Shown: one piece after another, positions 26,280-40,110 of the stretch
Layout of the letters: the number at the start of each line of letters is the position of its first letter
Numbering within the stretch: position 1 is the stretch's first letter
NCBI GenBank assembly: GCA_965655095.1
Contig: OZ296658.1
Coordinates: forward strand, 11,904,001 to 11,968,000
DNA: 64,000 nucleotides
Source of the DNA: Haplodiscus bocki
Lineage: Eukaryota
Direction of reading: 5' to 3'
The notes under the pieces: model-generated
The model's input: only the letters and a program-made list of their open reading frames with translations
The model's database searches: none
What the model was told of the DNA's origin: nothing
Made by a program: the position numbers and the translations under genes

Positions 26280-28210
26280 AGAGCTATCTTAGATATTTTC
26301 AACAAACCCTAAATCTTCCAAAACTTTCACATTTGGCACAAAGTGTATTATTCAATTTTACAAAATTTTTCTACTTTGGTTGACTTGGCATCCGCTCAAA
26401 TTAATCTGATAAGTAACCTAACCTCTGAAAAAGATACGGGAGAGAGAAAGTCGGATCTTAAAATTCTGAATTGCCAAGGCATTTGATCAAAAGAACTGAA
26501 AATTCAATCCGTCTTCAAGTTACACCGAGTTTCAAAGCAAACAAAAAATTTGAGGAGAACGAAACTGCAACGAACGCAAACTGATCATTTGTTCTCCCAT
26601 TTTTATTATGACAGGTGTCCAACAGGTTTGGTCTATTGTAAAACATGTGTCCGACAAGTTTGATTTAACATAAGACACCTTTCACATAAATTGGCATCGA
26701 TGCCATGACGAAACTGAAAAGTTTTTTGGTTGTTTTTTTATGATTTTGACAAATTTAATGAACTTTCCCCACAAGTGTTGAAATTTTAATCGGACAAATG
26801 TGTGTCAACACAGATGGGTGATCTAAAAGAACTTCAGTTTTGGTATGCGAAGGACCGCTGAAAACGGCACGGGAAAGATAGAGCAGTCCAGGATTAGCCA
26901 GAAAACTTTCGAATTTTTGAAAACCGTGAACTAATGGGATGCTTTCGAATAGCCGGCCGGACTAATAAATTGATTTTTTTCATTGAGTTTCTTAGGGAAT
27001 ACAGCCAGTTGAAAACTGTGAACTTGACCGGTCAGTCTGGGGAAGTGCTTCAATGTTTGATGCTGTGCTGCATTTTTGAGTTGAAGCAATTCTGGAGGTT
27101 CATATTATTCCTCTGTCTAATTTTTGCTTATTTTGATTGAAAGACCTTTGGTTTTCTTCTGAACTAACTTAAATCAATCGTATTGGGTTGTAATTTGATT
27201 TGAACGTGAGATTGAAACAGAAGTGAAAGTAGGACTTATTTGCATTCTGGTTTAGATTTGCCATTCGCACTTAGTATTACTCTTACGGATGATTTCGGAG
27301 AACAAAATGGCTTTTTGCACATCGGAGTTTTTCTGGCTCAAACTTCTTCATCGCGTTGCAGCATTTTTCAATTGGAGGGTACTACTGTTTCCTAAGGGTC
27401 TTCGAATACAAAATTTTGCTAACCCTGGATGTTGTCTCTTCTAAATTAATGTTTTGGGTCAATTAGATAAATAGCTGGGTTGAAATTGGTGTTCCTGGAT
27501 GATTCAATTCCAAATACTCAAAGCAAACTAGTTTGCCTTTAACTACCACGAGTTTTTTGGTCAGTTTCCTTTAATGATTCTTTTAATGACGTTTTGGCTT
27601 ATTAACATGTGCACCGCTGCAGAGCATTATCAAGTCATCACATAGTGTGTGTCAGTGACAACAACCCGATTGCATAATAGTTTGTTCCCATCGAACTCAT
27701 TGAACTGCTTAGGAGTATTGAAATAAACACATTCTACTCCGGACGGGTAGAAACTCAATAAAAGCCTGCTTAGGTCTTCCTCCACCAAAATATAATTGAA
27801 TGCTGTCAACCCAAAGTCGGTTAGGTACCAACGTAGCATCTCCAGGTTGGAAGCAAATTAGACAATTCATTGTCTGCAGTACTGGCTAATGCATGCTTGT
27901 GAACCGGACGTTTCCTCCTATTCACTAAACACACGAAGTGATTTCGCTCGTAAAAATGTCATGAAATCTTCAACATTTTTTGAAGCTTTCACGTGAGTGT
28001 GTACATGTCAAAGCTATGGACCGACTATGCTCGCTTTCTTTTTTGTTTGAAGAGAAAATTTGGAGCTCCCTATACTTCAGGGCTCTATGCTTTGTTCCTA
28101 CCCAACAGGATTTGTGAGTATCCCAAAAACCTTTCGGGTCGGTAACCCTGCACCCGATGATCTGAACCCCTAATCGGTTGATAGGTGTGAACTTTAAATT
28201 CTCATACAAC
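26280..28210 (-). repeat. Copy A of an unidentified element segment with an unknown ORF relic
   Basis: 26280-26720 aligns by eye with 31660-32020, and 27690-28200 aligns with 33090-33620. Conserved peptides include CRVTDPK and EMLRWYLTxxGLTxF...YPSGVE. Confidence 0.65.
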
Positions 28211-28724
28211 ATATTTTGTACCGAAGAGTCCTTCTTTTAAACTTTGAACCTTTGAACATTTTCAAAATTAAATGGAACGTGATTTTACCACATTTTTTTT
28301 GCAAACTACATTTTTTCAAAAAACACACAGGAACCCCGTGGATAGTTTAGGATTAAGGGGGAGTTGACTTGGGCCATTCTCGCTTGTCAACTTCAACTCG
28401 TTTCTATATTTCCAGGATTTCTCCGTTCTTTGGTTGGATTTTGAAGACTTACTTTGAGCGGTTGAAAGAGACATTGTGAAAAAGAAAGTATTTTTTTCAT
28501 GAGGAATGAGTCGAACTTCCCCCATTAATCAGTCTATACTTTTTAGATGTCTCCTTCTTCCTGCTTCCCTCAAAGACATTTCTTTTGAATTTCCTTTTTG
28601 ACAAACCTGGCTTGCAAAATTCGGATGCCCGTGAATGTCAACTATGGGAGAATCGAAGCTCCCTCAGGCATTGGTTCGCGTCGGTCTCCACCAGTATGGT
28701 TATCCGACTAAAGAATAGCTCCTG

Positions 28725-30137
28725 TATCGGACGACATACCGAGTGTACCAAAAGTAACTTTGGTACTCACCGTTGGGGGGAACATCATCCAATGAGCACG
28801 GGAGATCCCTTGTATCAGCTGAGTCAAATCCTTCCATTTTTCGTCAAGGGAGCAATGTAGTTCTTGATTTGCTCAATCAATGCTTTCTGTGTTAGAATGT
28901 GGCGTTCTGATTTGAAGTCGGAAATTCTTCTGCGTATGTCTTAGAACTCATTAGTTTCAGTGTTGTTGATTTCATTTTTTATTCTATCAGTAAAAGTGTC
29001 CTATCGTTAACCATATCTGAGTTCTCTCTGTGGAGTAGAAACTGGCATGCAAATTATGAAAATTTGAATTTCGTTGAGATGATTTTGGATGAAAGTTTTG
29101 TGACAGTTACAATGAACCTTAAAACTAATCTGAAGCTAACAAGCTGCGTATTTGCATAGCATGAGTGAGGAAAGTATTCTGAGAGTATGGTGGTAGTCTA
29201 CTGACAGCGCTTAGTTTGAGCCGGCACTTGTTGGGGTTTGGTGGTCAAATGAGGGAAAGTAAGATGCAATTTTCACCATCAGAAACTTGTAATTGACTCG
29301 TTATTCGCAATATTATTTACCTAAATAATGCGTGAACGCAAATCCACCGCAAATTGTGATAGTTACCATCATGTAGCATGCCTTCTGATGCAAATTTTGC
29401 ACAATAAAATTGCATCGAATCTTTGTCACGACTGCCCACTGTCTTTATTTTAAGCTTCTCTGTTTTTTCATCAGAATTCGTCGTTCAGTGTAATCATTTT
29501 GTTCAGCTATGCTGTTACTGCTATTTTTGTCATTATTATGTGCGTGTTCCTTAAGTTGGATGAATTTCACTGTAGCTTTAACGAAGTAAAGTAGCTTCAT
29601 AGTAATCCAGCTTCTTTACTTCGTTGTAGTCAATATGAATTGTTGTCTCAAGTGTGTTCAGTGAAAGTATGCTCACGTTACGCAGAAAAAACCAACCGAA
29701 TGAAAACATCGAACAGAAGTTTTCCCATGAAAATGAATTCCGGCTCATTTTCGAGTTTATTCTACTGTAATCAGTCGGGCCGGTACAGAGGCTCTTAGGT
29801 TCTTAGTGTTCCGATTGGAGCTTACCGATATCTTGCATGTCTTTACTTTGCTGCTCCAACATTTTTGAGGCGTCATCGGAATGTCATTTTCATGGATAAA
29901 ACTTTACAAGCAGCTCAGCAATACTTATTCCAAATATTTTCTTTTTATATTACATAGTTTATTCCATAACGCGGGAAGGGAAGTAAAAACTCATAGTTGC
30001 ACTTGTATCTTTATGCACCTTGTGGCTACAGAACTTGCATCAAGATTTTAGTACTACTAATGGCTGCACACAACTGTAACAGAGCGTAACTTTAGGGACA
30101 TGTAAATATCTCATTTTTCTTTCCTGTGGACATAACA
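28725..30137 (-). mobile_element. Solo LTR with internal gag 5' fragment
   Basis: The minus strand starts TGTTATG and ends TCCGATA (CA end mutated). Perfect 5-bp TSD TCCTG at 28720-28724 and 30138-30142. The decayed ORF MVNDRTLL...ILTQKALIEQIKNYIAPLTK...SSD runs to the LTR end. Confidence 0.8.
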
Positions 30138-30769
30138 TCCTGTTAAGATTAAACCGCAAATGGAAGAAGTCTAAATACTTCTGCAAATGATACTGTAGCT
30201 TACAGTGCAGCTACAGCTCATGTTATGGTCCGGCATTCTAATAAAAAACCAATATTTGTCATGACCATCTACAAGATGCTCCTAGTTTTGGTCGCCATAC
30301 ATTCGGAGCCATCTAAGAGGCCCATGTTCATCTACAATGGCCATAATTTTGAAAGTGCACTGTGTAGAACTAGAAGGGCAGTAGTATTGCTTTCCTTGAC
30401 AACCTATCCGAATATTAAGCGTTTAGAAATCAACTCATTGAACAATTTCTGCAAAAAACTGGCCGTAATTCCTGGAAATATGTTCAACAGAAACGAATCC
30501 TAAAGCAAAGTCCCTGACAAAATGATTTTAATTATTGGAGATGTCTATATTTTTTTTCAATTTTTGATTGCATTTCTTTTTCTGGTTTCCTCATTGCAAA
30601 ATGTCATTCTAAACATAATCTCACATGCTGCTAAACTTCAGAGTTTATACTTCGACGATTTATTATGATGGCTCAATTGAGTTATCTTTCAGAGATTATA
30701 AAACGGAACAAGAGTAAAGTAGAGAATTTTTGTGATAGTTTTCATGAATTGGATCTTTTGACAAAAATC

Positions 30770-30990
30770 ACCGCTTGCGTCCAAAAGATTGTCTTGATAT
30801 TGCACCAGAAGAAGTCGACTCTCTTGAACAGATAATACATGTTGTGATGGCAGCTGTAAGAGCCATCAGAGAACCAATAACCAGAATCCAGGCAGGTACT
30901 GAATGATGTGTCAGCACTGATTTGGCGCAACACTCTACAGAGTCTGAAACGTTCGAAAAAGTTAAAGTTTGGTAGTAGATGAACCAGAAA
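30770..30990 (-). pseudogene. C-terminal transmembrane tail fragment (env-like), paralogous to the 20276-20620 tail
   Basis: FSNVSDSVECCAKSVLTHHSVPAWILVIGSLMALTAAITTCIICSRESTSSGAISRQSFGRKR*, in a frame not shown in the ORF track. Confidence 0.35.
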
Positions 30991-31659
30991 AAAACGCTGC
31001 ATGTGAAATGTTTGGATTTTCAAATTAACGGATATTTATGAAAAATGTTAGAATTTTCTCTAAAGTAGTCGTATCTCACCTGCCAATCACCTGTGTTGAC
31101 ACGCCTATTACAAATCAAAGAGTGAGAGAAAATTTTAGATTCGGATCAGGAAAGCTGTAGACTTAGTTGACCGACATTATGCAATGTTTTAGAGACACAT
31201 CACCATCTCTCATAAATGACAAATGAGATAGCAACTTTTTGAACCGTTTTTACAGTTTGCTAACAAATAACAGCTACTTTGAGAACCCGAAACTTTTTAA
31301 GCGTACAATTTTAACCTTTTGGTGGTTCATCATGTATGTCATTTTAATAACTTAAATGAATTAAGTTCTGAATAATTCTCAAATTTCAGGGTGAAGAACA
31401 TCAGATTTTTTTAGTAAGTCTTGAAATCTGGAATTAGCATGATTTTGCCGGGATTTGGCAAACACGGTGGTATTATGAAAACTTCATGTTCGACTAATGA
31501 AGATTGTAAGATTGTTATCTTAAAAAGGAAACTCACCAAAATTTCGCGAAACGGCAACAAGGCTCGAATTAAATTTTCTAATAACGTCTAAATTCGGAAA
31601 GACCATAAATTAGCCGCCAAGCAATTAAAGTCAAACTGATTTCAACCAAAATCAAACGT

Positions 31660-32343
31660 TATGTATTCAACAAACCTCATATCGCCTAGAACTTTCAATT
31701 TTGGCACAGAGTATATTATTCAACCTAACAAAATTTTTAGTTGGGTAGATTTCGAATCCGCTCAAAACATCTTTATGAAGTAACTAACCTCTGGAGAAAA
31801 ATCAAGTAAGCGAGAACTCCAAAACTTGCATTACTGAGTTACTTCAAGATGGTTCGAAAACAAAATGGAACAAAAGTCTCATGAAGACAAAAATAGGTAG
31901 AGTGACAACCAATCTTTCGGTTCCCCATAATTGGGGTGTCAGGTGTCCGCTGGATCCAACGTATCAGGGGACACTTGACAGATAAAAAAGGCATCGATGC
32001 TATTGCCATGATGAAAATGGGAACCACCCCGAATGGTTCCAAAAAGGTTATTTTTGGTAATCTAATGACAAGTGGAGATATTTTTCCCGACGAAAGTTGA
32101 AGTTTTTCTCCAAGACTCGTAAAACAGGTTCGATAACGGTTCTAAAAGAACGATCGGAGGTTTTTCGGACTAAAATCAGTCAGCTGACTTGCACTCAGAC
32201 AAAGACGACAACGAAGACGACAAAGGACGTGCCTTTGGGAACTTTGGGTAGTTCTTTTCTATTCTTCGAAATTATTCGCATCCCTAGTTACCCTGTCAAA
32301 TTTTTTCTGCAGAAAAACTTAAATCCAATTCTTCGTTCTCATA

Positions 32344-32386
<43 letters not shown>

Positions 32387-33630
32387 GTCCATTGGGGCAG
32401 CAGAGGGATTCCTCGACGACTCTGTGGTGCGAGTGTATGTAAGTTTGTAACCTTATCCCACTCAGAGTTTTCTCGTGTGCGCTTTCTAATTGATTTTTCG
32501 TGAAACACAATGGTTTCTTTTGGTTCTATTCCTGCTAAGCTTGTTTGCATTGGACTGAAACTGGAATTCAAAAGTTGAGCTAGATTTCCAACCGGAAGAG
32601 CAACCTCTTTTGCGATTAAGTAAACCAATTGCTTGGTTAAAAAAAGCAGAAGCTGAGAACTTTGCTGTGCGCGCCGCTCAGTAAAAACTGAGAATGTTAC
32701 AGAAACTAAAAGTCTCTATTGCGTTTTGCGCTAAAATCTGAAATTTTTCTCAAAAACACGGTTTTTCTTTGAACTCGCGGTTAATTCTACCTTTCATCGG
32801 CTAAAATTTAGACGTACGTGAATAAAACATTGCTGGTTTCAAGTACCCAACCAACGAAAAGTCGACTGTGAGTTAAATTTAGTTACCTAGTTTTCGTTGC
32901 TTTTCTGTCTGCCTTAATAAGTCGAACGGCAAGACGGGACTTTAATTTAGGCATCGCCGAAGTCCCACCCTATTGAGGATTTTTTAAAGTTTTTGTGTTT
33001 TGGCCCACTGGCAACTTGGTCGTAGCAAAAGAGCTACTGTAGTCATAACTTTATTCAACCCGTTTGCAAAGTGTTGATAATTACTGAAATTCTTCAGGTG
33101 TCTAAGAATAAGAAGAGGGATTTACTCTACCCCGGACGGGTATAAATTAAGGGAAAGCCCGTTTAAGTTCTGGTCTGCCAGAAGCTGTTTGAAATCCGTG
33201 AGCCCAGAGTTGGTAAGGTACCAACGTAGCATCTCCCTGCCGCGGATCAGGTAGACAATCCATGGTCTGCAGTACCCGCTAATGCATGGTTGTGAACTGG
33301 ACGTCTCGTTCTTATCCCTAAGGGTGCAGAGTGATTTCCATTGTACATCTTTTTTGGATAGTTTTTCGCAATAGTCACTAGAGCTAACTATTAAGTGGGT
33401 ATATCTGTTTATTTCAGCTAAGGACCAACTAGTCCCGCTATTCGGTCTTTCCGTAGAGTAACTCCAAAAATTGGTATACCTCGGAGTGCTCTGTTAAGTA
33501 ACCATTTTCCACCAACAGGGTTTTTGAGTATCCCAAAACTTTCGGGTTTGTAACCCTGCACCTAAGGACTATACCCCTCCTTTGCTGATAGGTGCCAATT
33601 TTACAAAGATTTTGGAAAAATTGAGACATC
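31660..33630 (-). repeat. Copy B of the unidentified element segment
   Basis: CRVTNPKVLGYS...ETSSSQPCISGYCRPWIVYLIRGREMLRWYLTNSGLTDF...YPSGVE is homologous to copy A. Confidence 0.65.
32350..32384. repeat. (TC)n microsatellite
   Basis: Directly visible. Confidence 0.95.
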
Positions 33631-33901
33631 GTGCCTATCTTTCAAAGATTTTAGCTAAATATTTAAGAATGGGCTTAAAAAACATAAACAACTCCGAGAT
33701 TTAAAGCAAAGCAATTAAAGCAAAGTAAAGCACAGAACATGTTTTTGATTGTGCTTTGAAAAAAAAACGTTTGACTTGTAGGAGATGAAAGCGGACAGAT
33801 TGATTTTTCCAGCCATTGAGTGTTTAATAATTCTCAATTCGGGAGACTTCCAGGTTGCGACCACAACAAAACCTAAGCTACTCCTCACAAACGGTTCCAC
33901 C

Positions 33902-33943
33902 CCAAAATACCCAAACCCAAAATTTTGGGTTTGGGTATTTTGG
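33902..33943. repeat. Perfect 42-bp palindrome
   Basis: CCAAAATACCCAAACCCAAAA immediately followed by its reverse complement TTTTGGGTTTGGGTATTTTGG. Confidence 0.9.
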
Positions 33944-34780
33944 ATTTGGGTATTTTGTCCTGCCACCAAGCTAAAGATGTCATTTGTACCGAACGCATTC
34001 TTCAGAGATTTTAACCGGCGATTCTGTAAAGTCTCCTTTCGTATTGTATGTCTAAACTGTCGCATCCACACAAAATCAATGAATTCATGCTTCAAATAGT
34101 CAAGCAAACAAATGATCAAGGGCAGGATCCCTTACTCTGCTCGTTTTTCAGCAAAATACATTGAATCCAAAATTAAGTAAGTTTTAATTTTTGCTTCAAA
34201 AATGCTGCCCACGTACACCACTTGATGCACTGCTTGCTAGTCCATCATTCTCTTTTCTTCCATTCCCATGCTTCAAACCTTCTCTACAAGAAGACATTGG
34301 CACAAAAAATTACATCCTCTCAATTGTCCTTGACTAAAACCCATCCTCAACCTGAACAGTTGAGATTTCGTCATAATAATTTCAATCATGGCTTCAGCTG
34401 ATAAAAATTTGGCAAGGCGTAATGCCACTGGACGCCGGTCAGAAGTAACTTAAGCAAAAATTGAGGGCGATAATTTACCTTTCAGAAATGACCCCATAAA
34501 GACAAATTCGTGCGAAGAGCTGCCCCAATCTGAATACGATCGAATCTATCCCCAATCTATGTTCTTGATCTAAATTGAAACTTTGATAATCTTCATGCAT
34601 TAATAACCAATCAAACTCACTCTTCAAATCATATAAAAGTGTTTATGGCATATTGTATAACCAATTTCAGAGCACAGTAATTAATAGTGCAGCTCTTGTA
34701 AACTTTGCATGCTTAGTAGAGGTCTAGAGAATAAGTTTCTATGAAAAACATACCTTTCAAAGAAAACCGGAATAAAACAA

Positions 34781-36061
34781 TGTCGGGCGAGGTTGTCGCG
34801 TGTGGGCAGTGAGCACAAGAACCTGCTGTTGGGGTATTTTTTGCCAAGTTGTCGTTAATCAGTTGATTGAGTAACTGTGTGAGGATCAAGATGAGCGCGT
34901 ATTCCTTCTCCAATCAACTGGGGAAAAATCCGTTCGTTTTCTACGTTGTTTTCTTCGTAGTCAAACTGGTTGCATGCAATAATCATGCTTTTAGCGTCTA
35001 TGGACATTTCAGGATGAATGGCTTGTTTGTACATTTTACTACTTCTCAAAGTTATAGTGCTATGCGAAAAGCTTATACAATTACTAAAGACTTGAAGTTA
35101 GTAGTGAGTTGTATAGTACATAGAAAGTTATACAGAAATTGCATTTATGGATGAGAACGGATGTAAAACGATGTGTCACATGTCAGCAAAGACGAAAATT
35201 ACTGAGCGTAAAGTAATGTCACTAGACTAAATAAGTAACTGCTGCCTTACGCAGAGTTCGATTTTGTCTGAACGTGTGTAGTTTCACCTGTTGCAGACGG
35301 ATTTGGGCAGTTACGTACCTGATCGTTGGACGCAAGTTTTGTAACCGGTGAAATCCTATTGGCTCCATGCCTCTCAAATTTTTCAACTAATAAAGGTGTG
35401 GAACGCAAACCCGTCCCTATGGCGTCCAGTTCATGAAATTTATGCAAATTATTGTAAAAATGTATGAATAATTTAAAAATGGCGAACAAAAACTTTTTTG
35501 TACTGGAAATAGGCTGAAATCATAGAACGAGGGCAGATTTTGTGGTTGATTTAGGAAAAACATGTTCTCCAGCGCAATTTATTCTTTGTATCAGAGAATG
35601 TCTCTGTGTTAGATTAGGCGAAATAGCTTAAATTGTACAGACATCGAAAAATGTCTGTCAGTTGAATTTACAGCTAGTTTCCTTGAAGGTAGCTAATTTT
35701 ACTGTTACAGTTAATCTGGAGCATCGGGAAATGTCTTAGGTATGTTCATCTTTTGTGTAGAAGCTGATAAATCTGGAAAGGTCTGTTGAGCACAGCGAAT
35801 ATTGATNNNNNNNNNNNNNNNNNNNNNNNNNNNNNNNNNNNNNNNNNNNNNNNNNNNNNNNNNNNNNNNNNNNNNNNNNNNNNNNNNNNNNNNNNNNNNN
35901 NNNNNNNNNNNNNNNNNNNNNNNNNNNNNNNNNNNNNNNNNNNNNNNNNNNNNNNNNNNNNNNNNNNNNNNNNNNNNNNNNNNNNNNNNNNNNNNNNNNN
36001 NNNNNNTTCAAGTGATTTGGAATAAATTTTATCAGCAAACTATTGTTTGTCCCTTATGACA
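34781..36061 (-). mobile_element. Probable solo LTR with internal gag 5' fragment (spans the assembly gap)
   Basis: The minus strand ends CCCGACA. The decayed ORF IFPQLIGEGIRAHLDP..LTQLLNQLINDN...TTSPD ends at the terminus. Candidate start TGTCATAAGGG at 36061. The TSD is imperfect (AACAA/AATCA) and the gap intervenes. Confidence 0.55.
35807..36006. other. Assembly gap (200 N)
   Basis: Run of N. Confidence 1.
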
Positions 36062-36107
36062 AATCAAAATTTTAATTTTTCGAAAAACATTTTGAAGTTT
36101 TTTCTAC

Positions 36108-39100
36108 ATGGAAGAAGATATGCATTTCATGTTCGCAAGTCGAACTGTTAGATTTGCTAACAGAAAATGTCATAATTGCAAGAAACAATGCAATATGGAA
36201 TATTACGAGAATCATCTACAATCAAAAATTCATTTCAACAACCTTAATAAACTTAATAGTATCTGGAAGTATTGTGATATTTGCAAGGATGATTTTAAGA
36301 CTTCATGTTAGAGTGCTGACTCACAGAGTCAAACTCGGTCCGGGAAAACGACTGTGAAAAAAACATGAACCTATGTTGCCGAGTGCCGACTCTTCCAATG
36401 CTTTTAATCCGTCATCTAATTCAACATAGGTTCTAACCAATCCTTTAGAATGTGCACATTCGTCTTTCCGTTGTTGTAAAATTTTAGCCCAATTTCTTTT
36501 GGTTTCTTATCTTTTTTGGCTTTCCGTTTTATCTGCATTATCAAAGTAATGAACTAGAACTCTTTCAGTAATATAGTCTTTACATTCTGCGTATTTAAAA
36601 AAAATCTTCGATATGTTTTTCAGTATTACACAAGGTACAAGTTCTACTTTCCTTAATTTTATCAAAACTTCTTGGTGAAAGACTTTTCATTTGAATTTCT
36701 TCCTTATTAAATGGAAGGAGTATTGAAAAAAATCAATTTGCATTGAAGAGATTTAGGAAAAAAATTAAAGTTGAACAGAAACAAGTACAGTTTAAAAAAG
36801 TTTTTGTTAGAAAAGAATGGACTGAGAAAACAAAAAAAAACAAATAGGTAAAACTCTCGCTTTGTCGCAGCGAATAAAGAAAAAAAGGGTTGAAGAAGAG
36901 ATTAAAACAAAACGATATAAGTAGAATTGTGAACTAAGAAATTAAAGAAATGAAACCAAAGTAGGAGTAAAAGATTAAGGAAACGAAATGAAAAAAAATT
37001 AGAAAAAAACATCGCCAGAAAACTAAATGAAGAGAATAAAGAATGAAACCACAAAGATAAAGTTCAAAATACAAGAAACAGAAAGGAATATAAAATTGAC
37101 AGAGGTTGGTTTCTCCAGATAGCAACATCAGTTAATAAAACATTTGTTAGTACCTTAAATTTACATGAAATTAGAATTGAAAACTATTTAGAGTAATTTG
37201 GAGGTTTTGAAATTCTTGGTATTTTTATTATTGGAAAGAACACAAACAGACAACAGCTATGAGATCTCTAAATATCGAACATTACAATTCATAGTATTTC
37301 AACGTTGATATGGATTTTGATGATGATGATACTATGCTCACTGGTTATTTTTATAAATTAAATACACCTGATGTTGTTGAGACTGACAGATCAAGATATA
37401 GCGAAAAAGCTGACTTTAAATAAATTATCGTCGAACTTATTGGTAATAATTGTTATTTTCCTACTAGTGGATTTTGTTTTATAAAATGTATTAAATATTT
37501 GACAGGGAAGGACTATAAAGAAAGTTTTTCACAGTTTATCAGAGATGAAAAAAGATGGAATAATATAGTGACTAAAACTAGATTTCAACTTTTTTGTATC
37601 GCTCACAATATTAACTCTGGTTACTTCAATGGTAAAGAGGATTAGCCTAGGTCTTCTATACAAAGAAATAAAGCCTTTTTAAAATTCAATAACCATTTCT
37701 GCTTAATTTGGAAATCCGGTTGTGTTACTTTTAAAAAAGCTATAGAAGAATTAAAATCAAAATTTATCATAGTTACTAGTTGCATATTACTTGACAAAGC
37801 TAATCGTTTTGTCAAACATGAATATTAGGTTAAATGAGTAAATCTCGGTTAGGTGTTTTTATGGTATACGTCATGGAAACTTCTCATACAGAAAGAGCCG
37901 TTCCATATTGTTTTAGTTTATCGATTGAGTAAATTGGCAAAAAAATATGATCGTGATTTAGCAAAAGAAGAATATCGGAAATGTACAGAACGATACTACT
38001 GTTTTCCGTGGAACTGATTGTTTTACTAAATTTTTAGATTGGCTTGTTACTGTAAAAGAACTTAGAAAGGTAGAAACTAGGATTGTTGAGTAAAAATTAC
38101 AGCTAATAGCTCATATTGGTAGTGCGTTAAATTTGTATGTCGTTTCGAACAGCTTGTCAAATTGGCATAGAATAGTGAATATTGTTAGAAAAGGAGAAGG
38201 CATTTTTTTGAAAATATCTGATAGAAAAAAGAGAGATCTGAAAAGAAGTACGTTCCACAACCTATAAAGTCTAGATGTGGAGTGTCACATATTAAAACAA
38301 GTTTTAAAAAATAGGCACTATTTATAACATACAGAACAATTATTAAAAAAAAGTGAATCAGGACGAAGGTTTTCAACAAACTTGGCAAAATCCAATGGAT
38401 GGGCGGATATGTTATGTAAAAACTGATAATTTTTGTATAACGTTTGGTTACGCTAGATATAGTAAAGGGATAGAACGAAAAACGGGGTTGGGTATGAAGA
38501 AAAGTTTAATTTCACGGTCATTAGGATGGAAGTATTTCAAGAGTTTGAGAGATGAAATTGATGAAGCTATATACAGATTTAAAGATGGATTTATGAGAAG
38601 GTTTGTTAAACAAAATCAAAAAGGAGGTAGAACGATTGCTTTTTATCAAAATTATGAATCTAAATTAGCTGAAAATTTTTTCGAAACTTTATCAGAAGTA
38701 TTAGATGTCAAGGGAAACGTTTGTGGAGTTATTGAAGCATATGTTGAAGACATGAACAAAAAAACAATAGAAAAAAAATTGATTCTCATTTTAATGATTT
38801 CCGTAAAATTATTGAAAAAGACAAACAAATATGTAAAAAACCAACTTAGTGAGTTTCCTCTATTTGAAAAAAACCAAAATTTTTATGGCGAATGTTTTGA
38901 TGGATTTTGATGCAACAAGTTTATATCTTAGCGGCATGTGGGATGAAAAAACAAAATGCCCAAAGATTTAAACGATTTTTGCTTTCACACCGGATATGAT
39001 TGATGCAATTAATAAAAAATTAGCTACTCAAACCTTTATAAGGTAGCGCTAATCTAAAAGTCTTGTTTTGAATCCCTCTGATTTAGTAATTGAACATCTA

Positions 39101-40110
39101 CCAGTTAGAGAGAAAATCAAAAAATCGAGATGAATAGAATGAGAAATGTTTATAATATAGACATATCAAATAGTGTAGATAAACAAAAAATTGTTAAATT
39201 AGGAGGCAGAGTACTAAAACTATGTGAGGGTGTAATATATGGACAATTTTTTAAATTGCCACCGTTTAGAAAAGTTCTTGAAAACAATGTTTACTTTAGG
39301 ATGTCAATGATTTCATTCAAAAATTTTTAAGTTTACCTATGAATAGTTTGTAGGCTGAGAAATATTCATAAATTTATTACAGAGGAATATATATGTAAAT
39401 CGGAATGTTGGACGAGCACAGAATTTCTTGAGAGAGCTTCAGATTACAGGAGATTAACAAATAGAAAATTTATAGTGAAATTGAAACACGATGATTCGGT
39501 TGGAATGTGAAAGGGATTTATAAAACACAATGACGGTTCACTTAGGTAGTTTTATTTTGATCCACAGTCAGAGAAGTGTGAGTAATTTCATACCTGAAAT
39601 TGATGGGCTTAAAATGAAAAATGTATATTATACTGATACGGATAGTCTAAACGTTGAGAAAAAGCATCGGGATGTTTTAGATAAAGGTAAACCTAATGGA
39701 GAAAAATTGTGTCACGGTGAAAACGATTATAGAAAAGGTGGTATTTTTTTCAAGGTTATTTCTTGCACCTAAAATAAAATATTGTCTAACTTCAGATGAA
39801 CATGGTATTATTGATGAACATATATTTTTTTAAGGGTTTCACATCTTCACGTAGACTATTAGATGGGAAACGGAATTTTGAGATGTTAAAAGATAATAAA
39901 AAATATGCCAAACTACCATGAAATTGGAAAAAGGGTTTGACTCTGGTCTTTTCACCCCTGAAAAAAACGAGACTTTGTATAGAGTGTAAAAAAGATTCTA
40001 TTTGTAGTGGATGTGATAAAATAAATTAACCAGATAAAAGAAATTACACCAAATCTCAATGATTTAAAAAGACAACCTGCATATTCATTTGGTCATTTGA
40101 TTCAATGGTG
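36108..40110 (+). mobile_element. Decayed protein-primed family B DNA polymerase (Polinton/Maverick/adintovirus-like)
   Basis: Exo-like VYVMET (~37865) and AHIGS (~38110), motif A DFDATSLY (38903-38926), motif B PMNSL*AE (~39335-39359, cf. KLxMNSLYG), motif C YTDTDS (39629-39646), then APKIKYC. Very AT-rich with many frameshifts. A Cys/His zinc-finger-like segment lies at 36108-36311. Confidence 0.8.

Noticed and set aside
32097-32628. ORFs with SLSLSL/ERERER runs
   Set aside because: Translations of the (TC)n microsatellite.
33715-34700. Negative-strand RNA virus polymerase fragment (GFSQGQL)
   Set aside because: No SDD/GDN or other RdRp motif in register. Left unassigned.
35736-36059. ORFs spanning the N run
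   Set aside because: Artefacts of the assembly gap.
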